55,211 nt of DNA. Source: Candidatus Eiseniibacteriota bacterium. GTDB lineage: Bacteria; Eisenbacteria; RBG-16-71-46. Shown piece after piece: positions 39,452 through 49,203 of the stretch. Made by a program: the position numbers and the translations under genes. The DNA is taken from positions 1-55,211 of the forward strand of contig JBGAOA010000023.1 of assembly GCA_044222065.1 (NCBI GenBank), written 5' to 3'. The notes beneath the pieces were generated by a model. That model had not been told where the DNA came from, ran no database searches, and was given only the letters and a program-made list of their open reading frames with translations. Positions within the stretch are counted from its first letter, which is position 1, and every line of letters begins with the position of its first letter.

Positions 39452-41160
39452 GGCGTGTGCGATTCCGGATCGACTCGCGACGGCGCGAGCGACGGATCGA
39501 GCGCCGAGACGCTCGCGAGCGATCCGCCGCCCCCGGCGCCGCCGGCCGCGAGTTCCGCGGCGGCCGCGGCCGCCGCCTCGAGCGGGTAGAGCCGCGCGAA
39601 GTACTCGCTCACCATGCGGTCCGACGAGAAGCGCTCCACGCCCATCGTGCGCGAGGCCGCCATCATCGAAGTCCAGCGCGCGCGGTCCTTCCACGCCGGC
39701 AGCACGTCCTGCTCGAGCGCGCGGTGCAGGTATTCGAGGTCGCGCGCGTCCGAGCCCGCGCTCTCGTCGCCGATCGCCCAGCCGTTCACGCCGTGCTCGC
39801 AGCCCTCCGGCCACCAGCCGTCGAGGATGCTCAGGTTCAGCACGCCGTTCATCGCCGCCTTCATGCCCGACGTGCCGCTCGCCTCGAGCGGGCGAACCGG
39901 GTTGTTCAGCCACACGTCCGAGCCGCGCGTGAGCACGCGACCGAGCCGCATGTCGTAGTTCTCGAGGAACGCGATGCGCCCCGGGTGCGACTTCGCCGCC
40001 GCGACGAGCCGGCCGATGATGCCCTTGCCGATCTTGTCGTCGGGGTGGCTCTTGCCCGCGAACACGAAGTTCACCTTCTCGCGCGCGAGCAGCGCCTCGA
40101 AGCGCGCGGTGTCGCGCAGCACGAGGTCCGAGCGCTTGTAGGCGGCGGCGCGGCGGGCGAAGCCGACGAGCAGGCCGTCCGGGTCCATCGCGACGCCGCT
40201 CTGCTTCTCGATCTCGGCGAGCAGCTCGCGCTTGTGCGCGACGTGCGCGGCCCACAGCGCGTCGGGCGTCGCGGCGTCGCGCACGGCCTCGGACTGCCAC
40301 GTGCCGCGGTGGACGCCGTTCGTGATCGCGATGATCGGCGAGGCGTCCGAGACGCCCGCCCACATCGAGCGCGACGTCACGCCGTGCAGCTGCGCGACGG
40401 CGTTCGAGAGCCGCGAGAGCCGCAGCCCCGCGATCGTCATGTTGAACGGGTCGCCGCCGAGCGCGCGCATCTCGGCGCCGGAGAGCTGCAGGCACGCGCC
40501 GAGCCGGCGCAGTTCCGCGAGCCCGTGCTCTTCGTTGCCCGCCTTCACCGGCGTGTGCGTCGTGAACACGATGCGCTTGCGCACCGCGGCCCACGCGAGC
40601 GGGAACGGCTCGCCGGTCTCCATGCGCTCGGCGATCATCTCGACCCCGGCGAACACGGCGTGGCCCTCGTTGAAGTGGTAGGTCGCGATCGGGATGCCGA
40701 GCCAGTTCAGCGCGCGCACGCCGCCGATGCCGAGCAGCATCTCCTGCGCGATGCGCACGTCGGTGCCGGCTTCGTAGAGCCGGTGCGTGATCCAGCGGTC
40801 CTGCGGACGCGACGGCTCGATCAGGAACAGGGGCACGTGTCCGTGCCGCTGCGTCACCCACACGTGGCAGGGCACCTCGACGCCGCGCACGCGCACGCGC
40901 ACGTGCACGCCCGTGTTCTCGAGGAAGCTCGAGTCGTAGTCGGGGTACTCGTCGGTCGGCAGGCCGTCGGCGCCGATGCGCTGCACGGTGTAGCCGCGGT
41001 CCCACTTGAGCCCGACGGCGACGAGCGGCAGCCGCAGGTCGTGCGCGGACTTGATGAAGTCGCCCGCGAGGATCCCGAGTCCGCCGGAGTAGATCGGGAA
41101 CGACTCGTGGAGCCCGTATTCCATGCAGAAGTAGGCGGCGTGCGGCGTGCGTCTGTTCAT
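39448..41160 (-). CDS. glgP: Alpha-glucan phosphorylase (GT35, compact form)
   Basis: YFCMEYGL, YSGGLGILAGD, HFNEGH, FTTHTP, ARR..YKR, EASGTSGMKA (PLP lysine). Confidence 0.93.
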   Translation of the reverse strand: MNRRTPHAAYFCMEYGLHESFPIYSGGLGILAGDFIKSAHDLRLPLVAVGLKWDRGYTVQRIGADGLPTDEYPDYDSSFLENTGVHVRVRVRGVEVPCHVWVTQRHGHVPLFLIEPSRPQDRWITHRLYEAGTDVRIAQEMLLGIGGVRALNWLGIPIATYHFNEGHAVFAGVEMIAERMETGEPFPLAWAAVRKRIVFTTHTPVKAGNEEHGLAELRRLGACLQLSGAEMRALGGDPFNMTIAGLRLSRLSNAVAQLHGVTSRSMWAGVSDASPIIAITNGVHRGTWQSEAVRDAATPDALWAAHVAHKRELLAEIEKQSGVAMDPDGLLVGFARRAAAYKRSDLVLRDTARFEALLAREKVNFVFAGKSHPDDKIGKGIIGRLVAAAKSHPGRIAFLENYDMRLGRVLTRGSDVWLNNPVRPLEASGTSGMKAAMNGVLNLSILDGWWPEGCEHGVNGWAIGDESAGSDARDLEYLHRALEQDVLPAWKDRARWTSMMAASRTMGVERFSSDRMVSEYFARLYPLEAAAAAAAELAAGGAGGGGSLASVSALDPSLAPSRVDPESHTP

Positions 41161-41292
41161 GGGACTCGCGGTGGGGTTCGGGCGAACGTGGAGTGGCGCG
41201 GGATATTAGAGAGCCGTGCGCGGGCTGTCACCCGCGCCCCGGAGTATCGGCGCCGCATCCGCCGGTCCGCAGGGGTTCCGACGCCGGGCCCG

Positions 41293-41643
41293 TCAGTTCG
41301 CGATCCAGAGGCGCGCGGCGACCACGACGAGCAGCACGGCGAACGCACGCTGGAGCGCGCGCGGCGGCAGCGCGAGGCCGATCTGGGCGCCGAGCCAGGC
41401 GCCCAGGAAGAGCCCGGCCGCGAGCAGGACGGCGGCGCGCGGATCGATCTCGCCGCGCTTCCAGTACTGCCAGGCGCCGAGCAGCCCGACCGGCAGGAGC
41501 AGCGCGCCGAGCGACGTGCCGGTCGCCTCCTGCGGCCGCATGCGCGCGAGCAGGACGAGCGCCGGCACGATCACGATGCCGCCGCCGATGCCGAACACGC
41601 CCGACAGCACGCCGGCGGCGAGTCCGATGAGGGCATAGACCAC
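41293..41643 (-). CDS. Half-size (single-repeat) TauE/SafE family protein
   Basis: 116 aa; GVFGIGGGIVIVPAL...ATGTSL; GGAGG upstream. Confidence 0.85.
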   Translation of the reverse strand: MVYALIGLAAGVLSGVFGIGGGIVIVPALVLLARMRPQEATGTSLGALLLPVGLLGAWQYWKRGEIDPRAAVLLAAGLFLGAWLGAQIGLALPPRALQRAFAVLLVVVAARLWIAN

Positions 41644-41711
41644 GGGGAGTCCTCCGATCCGCGTGCGGCCCGCACGCGCGGGCAGCATAGCCGCGTCCGC
41701 CGCGCGCGCCG

Positions 41712-41751
41712 AAAAACGAACCGCCGCGCCCCACGGCGGGAGCGCGGCGGT
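41712..41751 (-). terminator. Intrinsic terminator after the boxB-like gene
   Basis: Minus strand ACCGCCGCGCUCC...GGGGCGCGGCGGU followed by UCGUUUUU. Confidence 0.75.
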
Positions 41752-41768
41752 CGCGGTGCCGGAGCGGC

Positions 41769-43109
41769 TCAGTTCGTCGGCGACGTGTTGGCCTTGTCGG
41801 CCTCGGAGCCTTCCATGACCCAGCGCACGCTGCGCGAACACGGGCACGTGCCGCCGACGCGCTTGAGCTTCGGCATCGCCTTGATGCCGTCCGCCTGCGC
41901 CATCTCGCCGGCCGCGACCTTGCGCAGCACGCTCGCGTAGTTCTGCACGTCGCGGCTCGCGCAGTAGCCCTCGTTCAGGTTCCGCGACAGGTAGCGCAGG
42001 TACTCGTCGGCGTCCGCGAACGCCTCGCCGTCCACGCCGATCATCTGGAACGCGCTCTCGCCCTTGCGGCGGAAGAAGCGTTTGTCCGGGATGCGCAGCA
42101 GGTCCGCCATCTTCATGCCGCGGTGCGTGCCGCGCGTCTCCTCGAGGTCCGCGATCACCTGCTCGGCGCGCTCGGTGTCGTACTCGGGGAAGCGCGCGCG
42201 GACGAAGCGCACGTTGATGTCGCGGATCATCTTCCGCACTTCCTCGTAGTACTGGTCCTGCGCCTCGCGGTTCTTCAGGTCCTTGAAGCCGAACTTCACG
42301 TTCGTGTCGCCGCCGCGTTCGTCGCCGAACATCTCGAGCCCGCGCGGCAGCCACTTGTTCAGCGCGTGCTGGATGATCGCCATCGTGACGAACGGGTCGC
42401 CGCTCGCCGCCTTCTGCGCCCAGCGCCGCAGCGGGATCACGCCCGCGGCGAGGTGGAACGCCTCCTCGCGCAGCATCGGCGGCATCGAGTCGGCCATGGG
42501 CTTGTAGGCGCACACCTTCTGCATCGTGAGCTGGTACTTGCCGACGCGGTCGATGAGCGCGGCGAACACGATGTTGTCCACGAACGAGTCGTACTCGACG
42601 TTGAACGCGTCGAGCACGTGATTGCCCGTCTGCATGGACAGGATCTCTTCGACCATCTGCGGGCCCGTCACGCCGCCCGAGACGTGCGACCAGTCCTCGC
42701 TGAGCAGCAGGTGCAGCATCTGGTAACCGTGCCGCAGCTCCTCGGCCATGACGCGCATGACCCAGTAGCGGTCCTGGTCGTCGAACGCGCGCTCGAGCGT
42801 TCCCGAGTGCTGCTGGATCGAGCCGAACTCGGTCGAGGCCTGCGCCTTGATGATCGCGAGCAGGTGGCGCGCCTGCTCCTCGGTCAGCTCGTTCGGCTTC
42901 AGGCGCTTCTTCTCGCCCTTGAAGTCGCCGACCTGCACCGTGTCGGACGTGCCGAGCTCCATCTTCGCGCACAGGCAGAACTCTTCGTCCTGCGGGAAGT
43001 ACTTCTGCCAGTGGTCGAGGAGCTGCTGGTACTCCTTGAAATTGTGCCGGTGCCAGTGCTCGACGGCGTCGTGGTACTTCTTCTCGAGCTGAACGTTCTC
43101 GACCTTCAT
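41769..43109 (-). CDS. Ferritin-like diiron aryl-CoA epoxidase subunit, BoxB/PaaA-like
   Basis: QASTEFGSIQQ, EELRHG, DRVGKYQL, LREEAFH match the BoxB-type E..ExxH..D..ExxH ligand pattern. Confidence 0.75.
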   Translation of the reverse strand: MKVENVQLEKKYHDAVEHWHRHNFKEYQQLLDHWQKYFPQDEEFCLCAKMELGTSDTVQVGDFKGEKKRLKPNELTEEQARHLLAIIKAQASTEFGSIQQHSGTLERAFDDQDRYWVMRVMAEELRHGYQMLHLLLSEDWSHVSGGVTGPQMVEEILSMQTGNHVLDAFNVEYDSFVDNIVFAALIDRVGKYQLTMQKVCAYKPMADSMPPMLREEAFHLAAGVIPLRRWAQKAASGDPFVTMAIIQHALNKWLPRGLEMFGDERGGDTNVKFGFKDLKNREAQDQYYEEVRKMIRDINVRFVRARFPEYDTERAEQVIADLEETRGTHRGMKMADLLRIPDKRFFRRKGESAFQMIGVDGEAFADADEYLRYLSRNLNEGYCASRDVQNYASVLRKVAAGEMAQADGIKAMPKLKRVGGTCPCSRSVRWVMEGSEADKANTSPTN

Positions 43110-43122
43110 CGGGTCCTCTCGC

Positions 43123-43578
43123 TCACGGGCGGAGCTGGATTTCGAGGGCCTCGAGCGGCGACGGGGCGAAGCCCAGCGCCTTCAAGAAACCCGCGACGTT
43201 CGGTTCGTTGCGGTCCACGAGCGTGCGGACGGTCGTCGCGCCCGCCTCGGCGAAGTGCCGGCGGATCGCGTCGAACATCAGCTTGCCGAGGTCGCGTCCG
43301 CGGTAGTCCGGGTCGATGCCGAAGCGTTCGATCCAGCCGCTCGCCTGTTCGATGCCGAACTCGCCCTCGCGGACGTCGCCGAGCATGAACCCCACGACCT
43401 TGCCGTCCACCTCGACGACCTTGGAGCCGTCCGGGTCGCGGCGCAGGTAGTACATGACGCGGCGCTCCCAGATCTCGGGCCGGTATTGCCCGCTGATCCG
43501 CTCGTCGATCTTCGTGATGGCACCGATGTCCAGCTCGTTCACGGGGCGGATTCTGGTGGCTGACTTCGTCTCGGGCAT
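43123..43578 (-). CDS. GNAT family N-acetyltransferase
   Basis: VVGFMLG, FGIDPDYRGRDLGKLM (motif A), GFLKALGF. Confidence 0.9.
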   Translation of the reverse strand: MPETKSATRIRPVNELDIGAITKIDERISGQYRPEIWERRVMYYLRRDPDGSKVVEVDGKVVGFMLGDVREGEFGIEQASGWIERFGIDPDYRGRDLGKLMFDAIRRHFAEAGATTVRTLVDRNEPNVAGFLKALGFAPSPLEALEIQLRP

Positions 43579-43894
43579 GTCGAACCTCGAGGTGTGGGGG
43601 GTGGAAAAAGGCGCGGGGAGAGTATCAGGTCGCCGCGCGAAGCGTCAGGCCGGCGGCCCCGCATTCGCGGGCCCCCCACGCCGCTCGGCCGGCCCCCGGT
43701 TCCCCCGCTCGAGGCGTTCCGGGAAGGGCGAATCGCCTTGAGTTGGCCCGGAAGCAACGGCAAAATGTTGGCGCCTGACCCTGGGGCCGTCGCCCCGAAT
43801 CAAAGTGCCGCGCGCGCTTCGAGCGTGCCCCGTGCCCTGCATCCGTGCCCGTCGTCGAACGAACTCATCCGGGCAATCTCGCTCTGGAGGCCGC

Positions 43895-44842
43895 ATGATC
43901 CGACGTTTCGTCACCACTCTCGCGCTCCTCGCGCTGTGCGCGCTCCCGGCCCGCACGGCGCTCGCCGTCGCGCTCGATTCGCCTGCCGTCGCCGTGGACG
44001 CGATCGGCCACGGCAAGGTCCGGCTCACGATCACCGCGGGGCCCTCCGGCGCGCCCAGCGGATTCGGCGTCTACTGGATGACCGCCGAGGACTACGCCAA
44101 CTACGGCAGCGTGTGGCCCTCGATCCTCTCGTACCCCGGCCTCGGCTGGTCCATGTTCACGGGCGCGCCGACGCTGAACACGTTCGGCGAGTACTCGACC
44201 TTCGCGCTCGGCCCGAACGAGACCATTCGCATCGAGCTCGGCGATCTCGGCGGCGAGAGCGGGCTGACCACGAACTCTCCCGAGGAACTCGCGTCGGGCA
44301 CCGAGTACGTGATCTGCACGTTCGCGCGCGGCGGCGGCGGTTTCACGACGAGCGGCTTCTCGACGAACGCCGTGAGCACGCTGACGCTCCAGGGCCAGAA
44401 CTGCACGTTCACGATCGGCTATTGGAAGACGCACGGCCCCGCGGGCTGCGTGACGGGCAACAACTCGAACGCCTGGCCGGTCTCGAGCCTCACGCTCGGC
44501 ACCGTGAACTACGGCGCGTCGCAGCTCTGCAGCATCCTGAACCAGAGCCCGGCCGGGAACGGCCTGGTGACGCTCGCGCACCAGCTGATCGGCGCGAAGC
44601 TCAACATCGCGAACGGCGCGAATCCCGGGGCCGCGGTGCTGGCCTGCATCAGCTCCGCGGACGCGCTGATCGGCGGACTCGTCGTGCCGCCGGTGGGCGG
44701 CGGATCGCTTTCGCCGGGGACGACCTCGTCGCTCACGCAGTGCCTCGACGACTTCAACAACGGCCTGTCGGGAGTGCCGCACTGCTCGTCCACGCCGTCG
44801 AAGCCGACGAGCTGGGGCCGCCTCAAGACGCTCTACCGCTGA
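43895..44842 (+). CDS. Secreted protein (Fn3-like N-part, CTxTxGYWKxH domain) with C-terminal SWGRLKTLYR tail
   Basis: GGAGG RBS, signal peptide, CTFTIGYWKTH...LAHQLIGAKLNI, C-terminus TPSKPTSWGRLKTLYR*. Confidence 0.85.
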   Translation: MIRRFVTTLALLALCALPARTALAVALDSPAVAVDAIGHGKVRLTITAGPSGAPSGFGVYWMTAEDYANYGSVWPSILSYPGLGWSMFTGAPTLNTFGEYSTFALGPNETIRIELGDLGGESGLTTNSPEELASGTEYVICTFARGGGGFTTSGFSTNAVSTLTLQGQNCTFTIGYWKTHGPAGCVTGNNSNAWPVSSLTLGTVNYGASQLCSILNQSPAGNGLVTLAHQLIGAKLNIANGANPGAAVLACISSADALIGGLVVPPVGGGSLSPGTTSSLTQCLDDFNNGLSGVPHCSSTPSKPTSWGRLKTLYR

Positions 44843-44857
44843 GCCCGGCTGGAACCG

Positions 44858-44895
44858 AAGCGGCCCCCTTCTCGCGAAGGGGGCCGCGTTCGTTT
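44858..44895. terminator. Intrinsic terminator between convergent genes
   Basis: GCGGCCCCCTTC-TCGC-GAAGGGGGCCGC then GTTCGTTT. Confidence 0.75.
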
Positions 44896-44942
44896 CGGCC
44901 CTCGAGCCACGGCGCCTCGCGGCGCCGTACGATCGGCGCCGC

Positions 44943-46358
44943 CTAGAGCACGGTGACGCGCGCGGGCATCTCGGCCTCGGCGTTCCAGTGCGCGGGTTCG
45001 CGCCGGTGGACGACGTCGATGCGCATGCGCTCGACCGGGTCCCAGTGCCAGCCGAGACGCGCGGGGATGCCGCCGTCGCTGTGGTTCCAGCGCAGTCGCG
45101 GCACGTCGCCGCACAGCGCGTCGGCGAAGTCGGGATCCACCGCCTCGGCCGGCGCCCACGCGCCGTCGAACGCGTCCGAAAGCTGGCGCAGCGTCCGCCG
45201 CCCCGCCTGGTGATGGCGCTCGAGCTGGTGCGCGAGCCAGTTCACGACGCGCGGCCGCAGGTCCGAGAGCACGTTGAAGCAGTCGTGCGCGCCGCGCGGG
45301 TAGAAAACGATCTCGCGCTCGCAACGCGCGTCCTCGAAGATGTGCCACGCCTCGCTCGCGGGCGTGATCATGTCGCGGCCGCCGCCGGAGACGAACAGCG
45401 GGCAGCGCACGTCGTCGAGCACGTCGGCGAGCGTGATGCGTTCGATCGTCGCGCCCATGTCGCGCTCCGCGATGCCGTACAGGTTCGCGAGTTCGCGGCG
45501 CATGCTCGACAGCGTGACGTTCCAGTAGATGTCGGCCGAATACGGCGGGCTCACGGTCGCGACGGCGCGGATGCGCGGGTCGTGCGACGCCATGCGGATG
45601 GCCATGTAGCCGCCGAGGCTCATGCCCATGAACGCGACCGCGTCGGGATTCAGGTCGGGCCGCGCCTCGATGTGGTTCAAGATCGCGACGCCGACGGGCC
45701 GCGGCTCGGCGACCATCGAGAGCCGGTGGAACGTCGAGCCGAGGCCCGGACCGTCGAACATCGCGACCGCGAGGCCGCGCGCGAGCAGCGCCTCGCTCCA
45801 CCAGTGCAGCTCTTCCTTCACGGCGTTCGTGCCGTTGAACACGACGACGACGGGCGACGGCGAGCCGGTCGGGGGCACGCGCAGGTAGCCTTTCATCGGG
45901 CGGCGCCGGTACATCACCTCGAACGGCTGCGCCGGCACTTCGAACAGCGGCGCGGCCTTCGCGTACGAACGCACGCACGCCTCGTGCAGCGATCGCTTGC
46001 GGTCCACGTCGAGGAAGATGACGTACTGCGCGAAGTTGTAGGCCGCGCTCGCGGCCAGGTAGCGCCGCGCCGCGTCGGCGGGACGTTCGAGCCGCAGTGC
46101 GTCGTCGCCGCCTTGCTCGTGCGCGCGCCCGAGCGACTCCCACTCGTCGGCCCACGAAGTGAGGCCGTCGATCCGCCGCAGCACGCTCTCGAGATCGTCG
46201 GGCGACACGCCGGCGTTCGTGAACTGGAGCTTCGCCCACGCGGGCATCTGCTGGGCGAATCCGAGGCGCAGCGAAAGACGGACGAATCCGGGGCGGAGGA
46301 GCTGGCTGCGCAGGTAGTGCGGCACCAGGAACTCGAGCCTTCCGCCACGGACGTTCAT
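44943..46358 (-). CDS. Alpha/beta hydrolase (2,6-dihydroxypseudooxynicotine hydrolase/FrsA-like)
   Basis: KEEL, FDGPGLG, GMSLGGY nucleophile elbow, D in GRDMI, GAHDC; extra C-terminal segment. Confidence 0.85.
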   Translation of the reverse strand: MNVRGGRLEFLVPHYLRSQLLRPGFVRLSLRLGFAQQMPAWAKLQFTNAGVSPDDLESVLRRIDGLTSWADEWESLGRAHEQGGDDALRLERPADAARRYLAASAAYNFAQYVIFLDVDRKRSLHEACVRSYAKAAPLFEVPAQPFEVMYRRRPMKGYLRVPPTGSPSPVVVVFNGTNAVKEELHWWSEALLARGLAVAMFDGPGLGSTFHRLSMVAEPRPVGVAILNHIEARPDLNPDAVAFMGMSLGGYMAIRMASHDPRIRAVATVSPPYSADIYWNVTLSSMRRELANLYGIAERDMGATIERITLADVLDDVRCPLFVSGGGRDMITPASEAWHIFEDARCEREIVFYPRGAHDCFNVLSDLRPRVVNWLAHQLERHHQAGRRTLRQLSDAFDGAWAPAEAVDPDFADALCGDVPRLRWNHSDGGIPARLGWHWDPVERMRIDVVHRREPAHWNAEAEMPARVTVL

Positions 46359-46466
46359 GTCTGCCTCGCGCGCGCGTGCGCGGTCGAAGGGGGTGGGGCG
46401 GCGCCGGGGGGCGCCGCCCCGTGGGGGATCGAAGTCGCCGGGATGCGGGCGACGACTCCGAGGAAT

Positions 46467-46482
46467 TGCACCGGACATGCCA
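46467..46482 (-). promoter_or_regulatory. Putative sigma54 promoter
   Basis: Minus strand TGGCAT-GTCCG-GTGCA (GG-N10-GC) about 110 nt upstream of the hydrolase start. Confidence 0.55.
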
Positions 46483-46656
46483 CGAGCGGCGCGCGGCCGA
46501 GCGCGACAACATGCGGAGTATCGGCCGTCTTCGCGCGATTCCGAGGCGGATTCCGCGGGCGATTCGCACGAACGGCCGCCGCGAGAGCGCTCCGGGCTGG
46601 GGAAGTTTGCGCTCGGCGCGGGCGAGGCGCCCCGGCGCCGGTGCGGCGGGCCCGCC

Positions 46657-47553
46657 TCAGCCGCGCGCGACGCGCGCGCGGTAGGCGGCGAGCAGGCGCT
46701 CGCCGATCGCGCGGCCCGGCATCACCCGGCTCCCGAGCCGCGCGATCGGCACGACCTCCTGCACCGAGTTCGTCAGGAACACCTCGTCGGCGCCGAGCGC
46801 GTCCTCGGGAGTGAGCACCGCCTCGCGCACCGGCAGCTCGAGTTCGGCGCACAGCGCGATCACGGTCGCGCGCGTCACGCCGGGCAGGATGCCGCTCGCG
46901 AGCGGCGGCGTGCTCACCTCGCCGCTCCGGACGACGAACACGTTCGAGACCGCGCCTTCGAGCAGCTCGCCGCGCGGCGAGACGAGCAGCGCCTCGTCGG
47001 CGCGTGCGGCGCGCGCTTCCTCGCGCGCGAGGTGGTAGGCGAGGCGGCTCGTCGTCTTGTGCGCGCCGAGCGAGCCCGGCTCGAACGGCACCTTCGAGAA
47101 CACGGCGGTCGCCTCGTTCCGTCGCGCCCCGGCCCAGAGCCGCGCGGTGACCGGCTCGACCTCCATCCAGGCGCCCGTGCGCGTCGGGCGTCCGCCGGGA
47201 ATGCCGCGCGTCACCGTGAGCCGCGCGACGGCGTCGAGCAGGCCCTCGGCGGCGAGCAGCTGCGCGAGCGCGTGCCGCAGCCGCGCGGGCGCGGGCGGCA
47301 CCGGGAAGCCGAGCACCGCGGCCGAGAGCACGAGGCGCTCGAGGTGCTTCTCCCACAGAAACGGCTCGCCGCCGTAAAGCCGCACCGTCTCGAACAGCCC
47401 TTCGCCGTCGCGCGCGCCGCGGTCGAAGAGCGACAGGAACGCCTCGTCGCTCTTCACGAACTCGCCGTTCACCCACAGCGTGCGTTCCGGGAGCCGCGCG
47501 ACGCGTTCGCGACCCTGCGGCGTGCGCGTGTGCGGCGAGCGGGCGGTCGGCAT
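46657..47553 (-). CDS. pabC: Aminotransferase class IV, probable 4-amino-4-deoxychorismate lyase
   Basis: DRG..DGEGLFET, HLERL, RLTVTRG, HKT, EGAVSN, GILPGVTR, ADEVFLTNS; adjacent to pabB. Confidence 0.8.
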   Translation of the reverse strand: MPTARSPHTRTPQGRERVARLPERTLWVNGEFVKSDEAFLSLFDRGARDGEGLFETVRLYGGEPFLWEKHLERLVLSAAVLGFPVPPAPARLRHALAQLLAAEGLLDAVARLTVTRGIPGGRPTRTGAWMEVEPVTARLWAGARRNEATAVFSKVPFEPGSLGAHKTTSRLAYHLAREEARAARADEALLVSPRGELLEGAVSNVFVVRSGEVSTPPLASGILPGVTRATVIALCAELELPVREAVLTPEDALGADEVFLTNSVQEVVPIARLGSRVMPGRAIGERLLAAYRARVARG

Positions 47554-47595
47554 GCGCGGCACGCTAGAAGGCGCGGCCGAGCGGCGTCAACGGTT

Positions 47596-49035
47596 TCACG
47601 CGCGCGCGGCGACCGCGCGCTCGCCCAGGCTCACGTCCGCGCCGAGCGCGTCCGCGATCGCGACGCGCATGCCCTCGGCCTTGGCGAGCGTCTCTTCGTA
47701 CTCGGCGTCCGCGTCCGAGTCGGCCGTGATGCCGCCGCCGGCGGCGAAGTGCAGCGCCTCGCGCGTCGCGGTCGCGGTGCGGATCGCGACGTTCCAGTCG
47801 GCGTCGCCGTTCCAGTCGAGCCAGCCGATCGCGCCCGTGTAGACGTGGCGGCGCACGGGCTCGAGCGACTCGAGGATCTCCATCGCGCGGATCTTCGGCG
47901 CGCCCGTGATCGAGCCGCCGGGAAAGCAGGCGGCGAGCAGATCGAACGCGTCCACGCCCGGCGCGAGCCGTCCCGCCACCGCCGAGGTGAGGTGATGCAC
48001 CTGCGCGAACGTCTCCAGCTCGAACAGCGCCGTCGTCTCGACCGATCCCGGCACGCACACGCGCCCGAGGTCGTTCCGCAGCACGTCCACGATCATGACG
48101 TTCTCGGCGCGGTCCTTCTCGCTCGCGAGCAGTTCCGCCGCGAGCCGCGCGTCCTCGGCGCGCGTCGCCCCGCGCGGCCGCGTGCCCTTGATCGGGCGCG
48201 TCTCGACGCGCCCGCCCCGGAGTTCGAGGAAGCGCTCGGGGCTCGAGGAGGCGACCGCGTGGTCGCCGAACCCGAGGAACGCCGCGAACGGCGCGGGCGA
48301 TCGCGCGGCGAGCGACTCGAGCAACGCGAGTCCGCGCGCGTCGGGCGGCGCGGGCGGCAGCGCGAGCGACCAGCGCTGCGACAGGTTCGCCTGGAAGAGA
48401 TCGCCGCGCGCGATGTGGTCCCGCACCCGCTCGACCGCGGCGCGATAGCCGGCGCGCGAAAACGTCGAGTGCGCGACGAGCGGCGCCGCTCCGGACTCGT
48501 GCGGCCGCGCCGCGCCGCGCTCGCCGCCGTCGACCGCGGCCGCGATCCGGCGCGCGAACGCCTCGAGTCGCGCCTCGGCGCGCGCCCACCGCGCGTCGCC
48601 GCGCTCCGGAAGGCCGCTCGACACGAGCGTGCACGCGCCGCTCGCGCGCTCGATCGCGAGCACGACGTCGTAGAAGCCGAGCGCGAAGTCGGGCAGCCCG
48701 AGATCGTCGGCGGCGAACGACGGCAGCCGCTCGAGGCGCCGACCGAAGTCGTAGCTCCAGTAGCCGACGGCGCCGCCCGCGAACGGCGGGCGGCCGAGCA
48801 CGAGCGCGTCGTCCGCGGTCTCGCGCGCGAGCGCGCGGAAGCGCGCGACGACCTCGCTCCAGTCGCCGCCGCGCGCGGCGAAGAACGGATCGGCGCCGGC
48901 GAACGACCAGCGCGAGCGCGGATCGTCCGCCGCCGCGTGGAGCAGGAACGGCTGCGGCAGCGCCGCGAGCGTGCGCAGCGCCGCGAGCGGCGCGACGGGC
49001 GGGAGCGGGCGGACGAGCGGGAGCGGGGCGTTCAT
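47596..49035 (-). CDS. pabB: Aminodeoxychorismate synthase component I
   Basis: SSSPERF, TRPIKGTRPRG (PIKGT is diagnostic of PabB), KDRAENVMIVDVLRNDLGR, FPGGSITGAPK. Confidence 0.93.
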   Translation of the reverse strand: MNAPLPLVRPLPPVAPLAALRTLAALPQPFLLHAAADDPRSRWSFAGADPFFAARGGDWSEVVARFRALARETADDALVLGRPPFAGGAVGYWSYDFGRRLERLPSFAADDLGLPDFALGFYDVVLAIERASGACTLVSSGLPERGDARWARAEARLEAFARRIAAAVDGGERGAARPHESGAAPLVAHSTFSRAGYRAAVERVRDHIARGDLFQANLSQRWSLALPPAPPDARGLALLESLAARSPAPFAAFLGFGDHAVASSSPERFLELRGGRVETRPIKGTRPRGATRAEDARLAAELLASEKDRAENVMIVDVLRNDLGRVCVPGSVETTALFELETFAQVHHLTSAVAGRLAPGVDAFDLLAACFPGGSITGAPKIRAMEILESLEPVRRHVYTGAIGWLDWNGDADWNVAIRTATATREALHFAAGGGITADSDADAEYEETLAKAEGMRVAIADALGADVSLGERAVAARA

Positions 49036-49203
49036 CGGAGGCGCGAGCCTAGGCTCGCGGCCGCGGTGGGGGCCAGCGGCGAGCGGCGGCGACGGGGCGG
49101 GCCGCGCCGCGCGCGGTCCGGCTGGCCACTTTTTCCTTGAGGCAGCCCCGCGGCCTTTCTAGAATTTCCGGCCACTCCCACTCCCTACGACACGGAGGCT
49201 CTC

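Noticed and set aside
46657..49035. Absence of pabA next to pabB-pabC
   Set aside because: Common arrangement; the glutaminase is often shared with trpG elsewhere.
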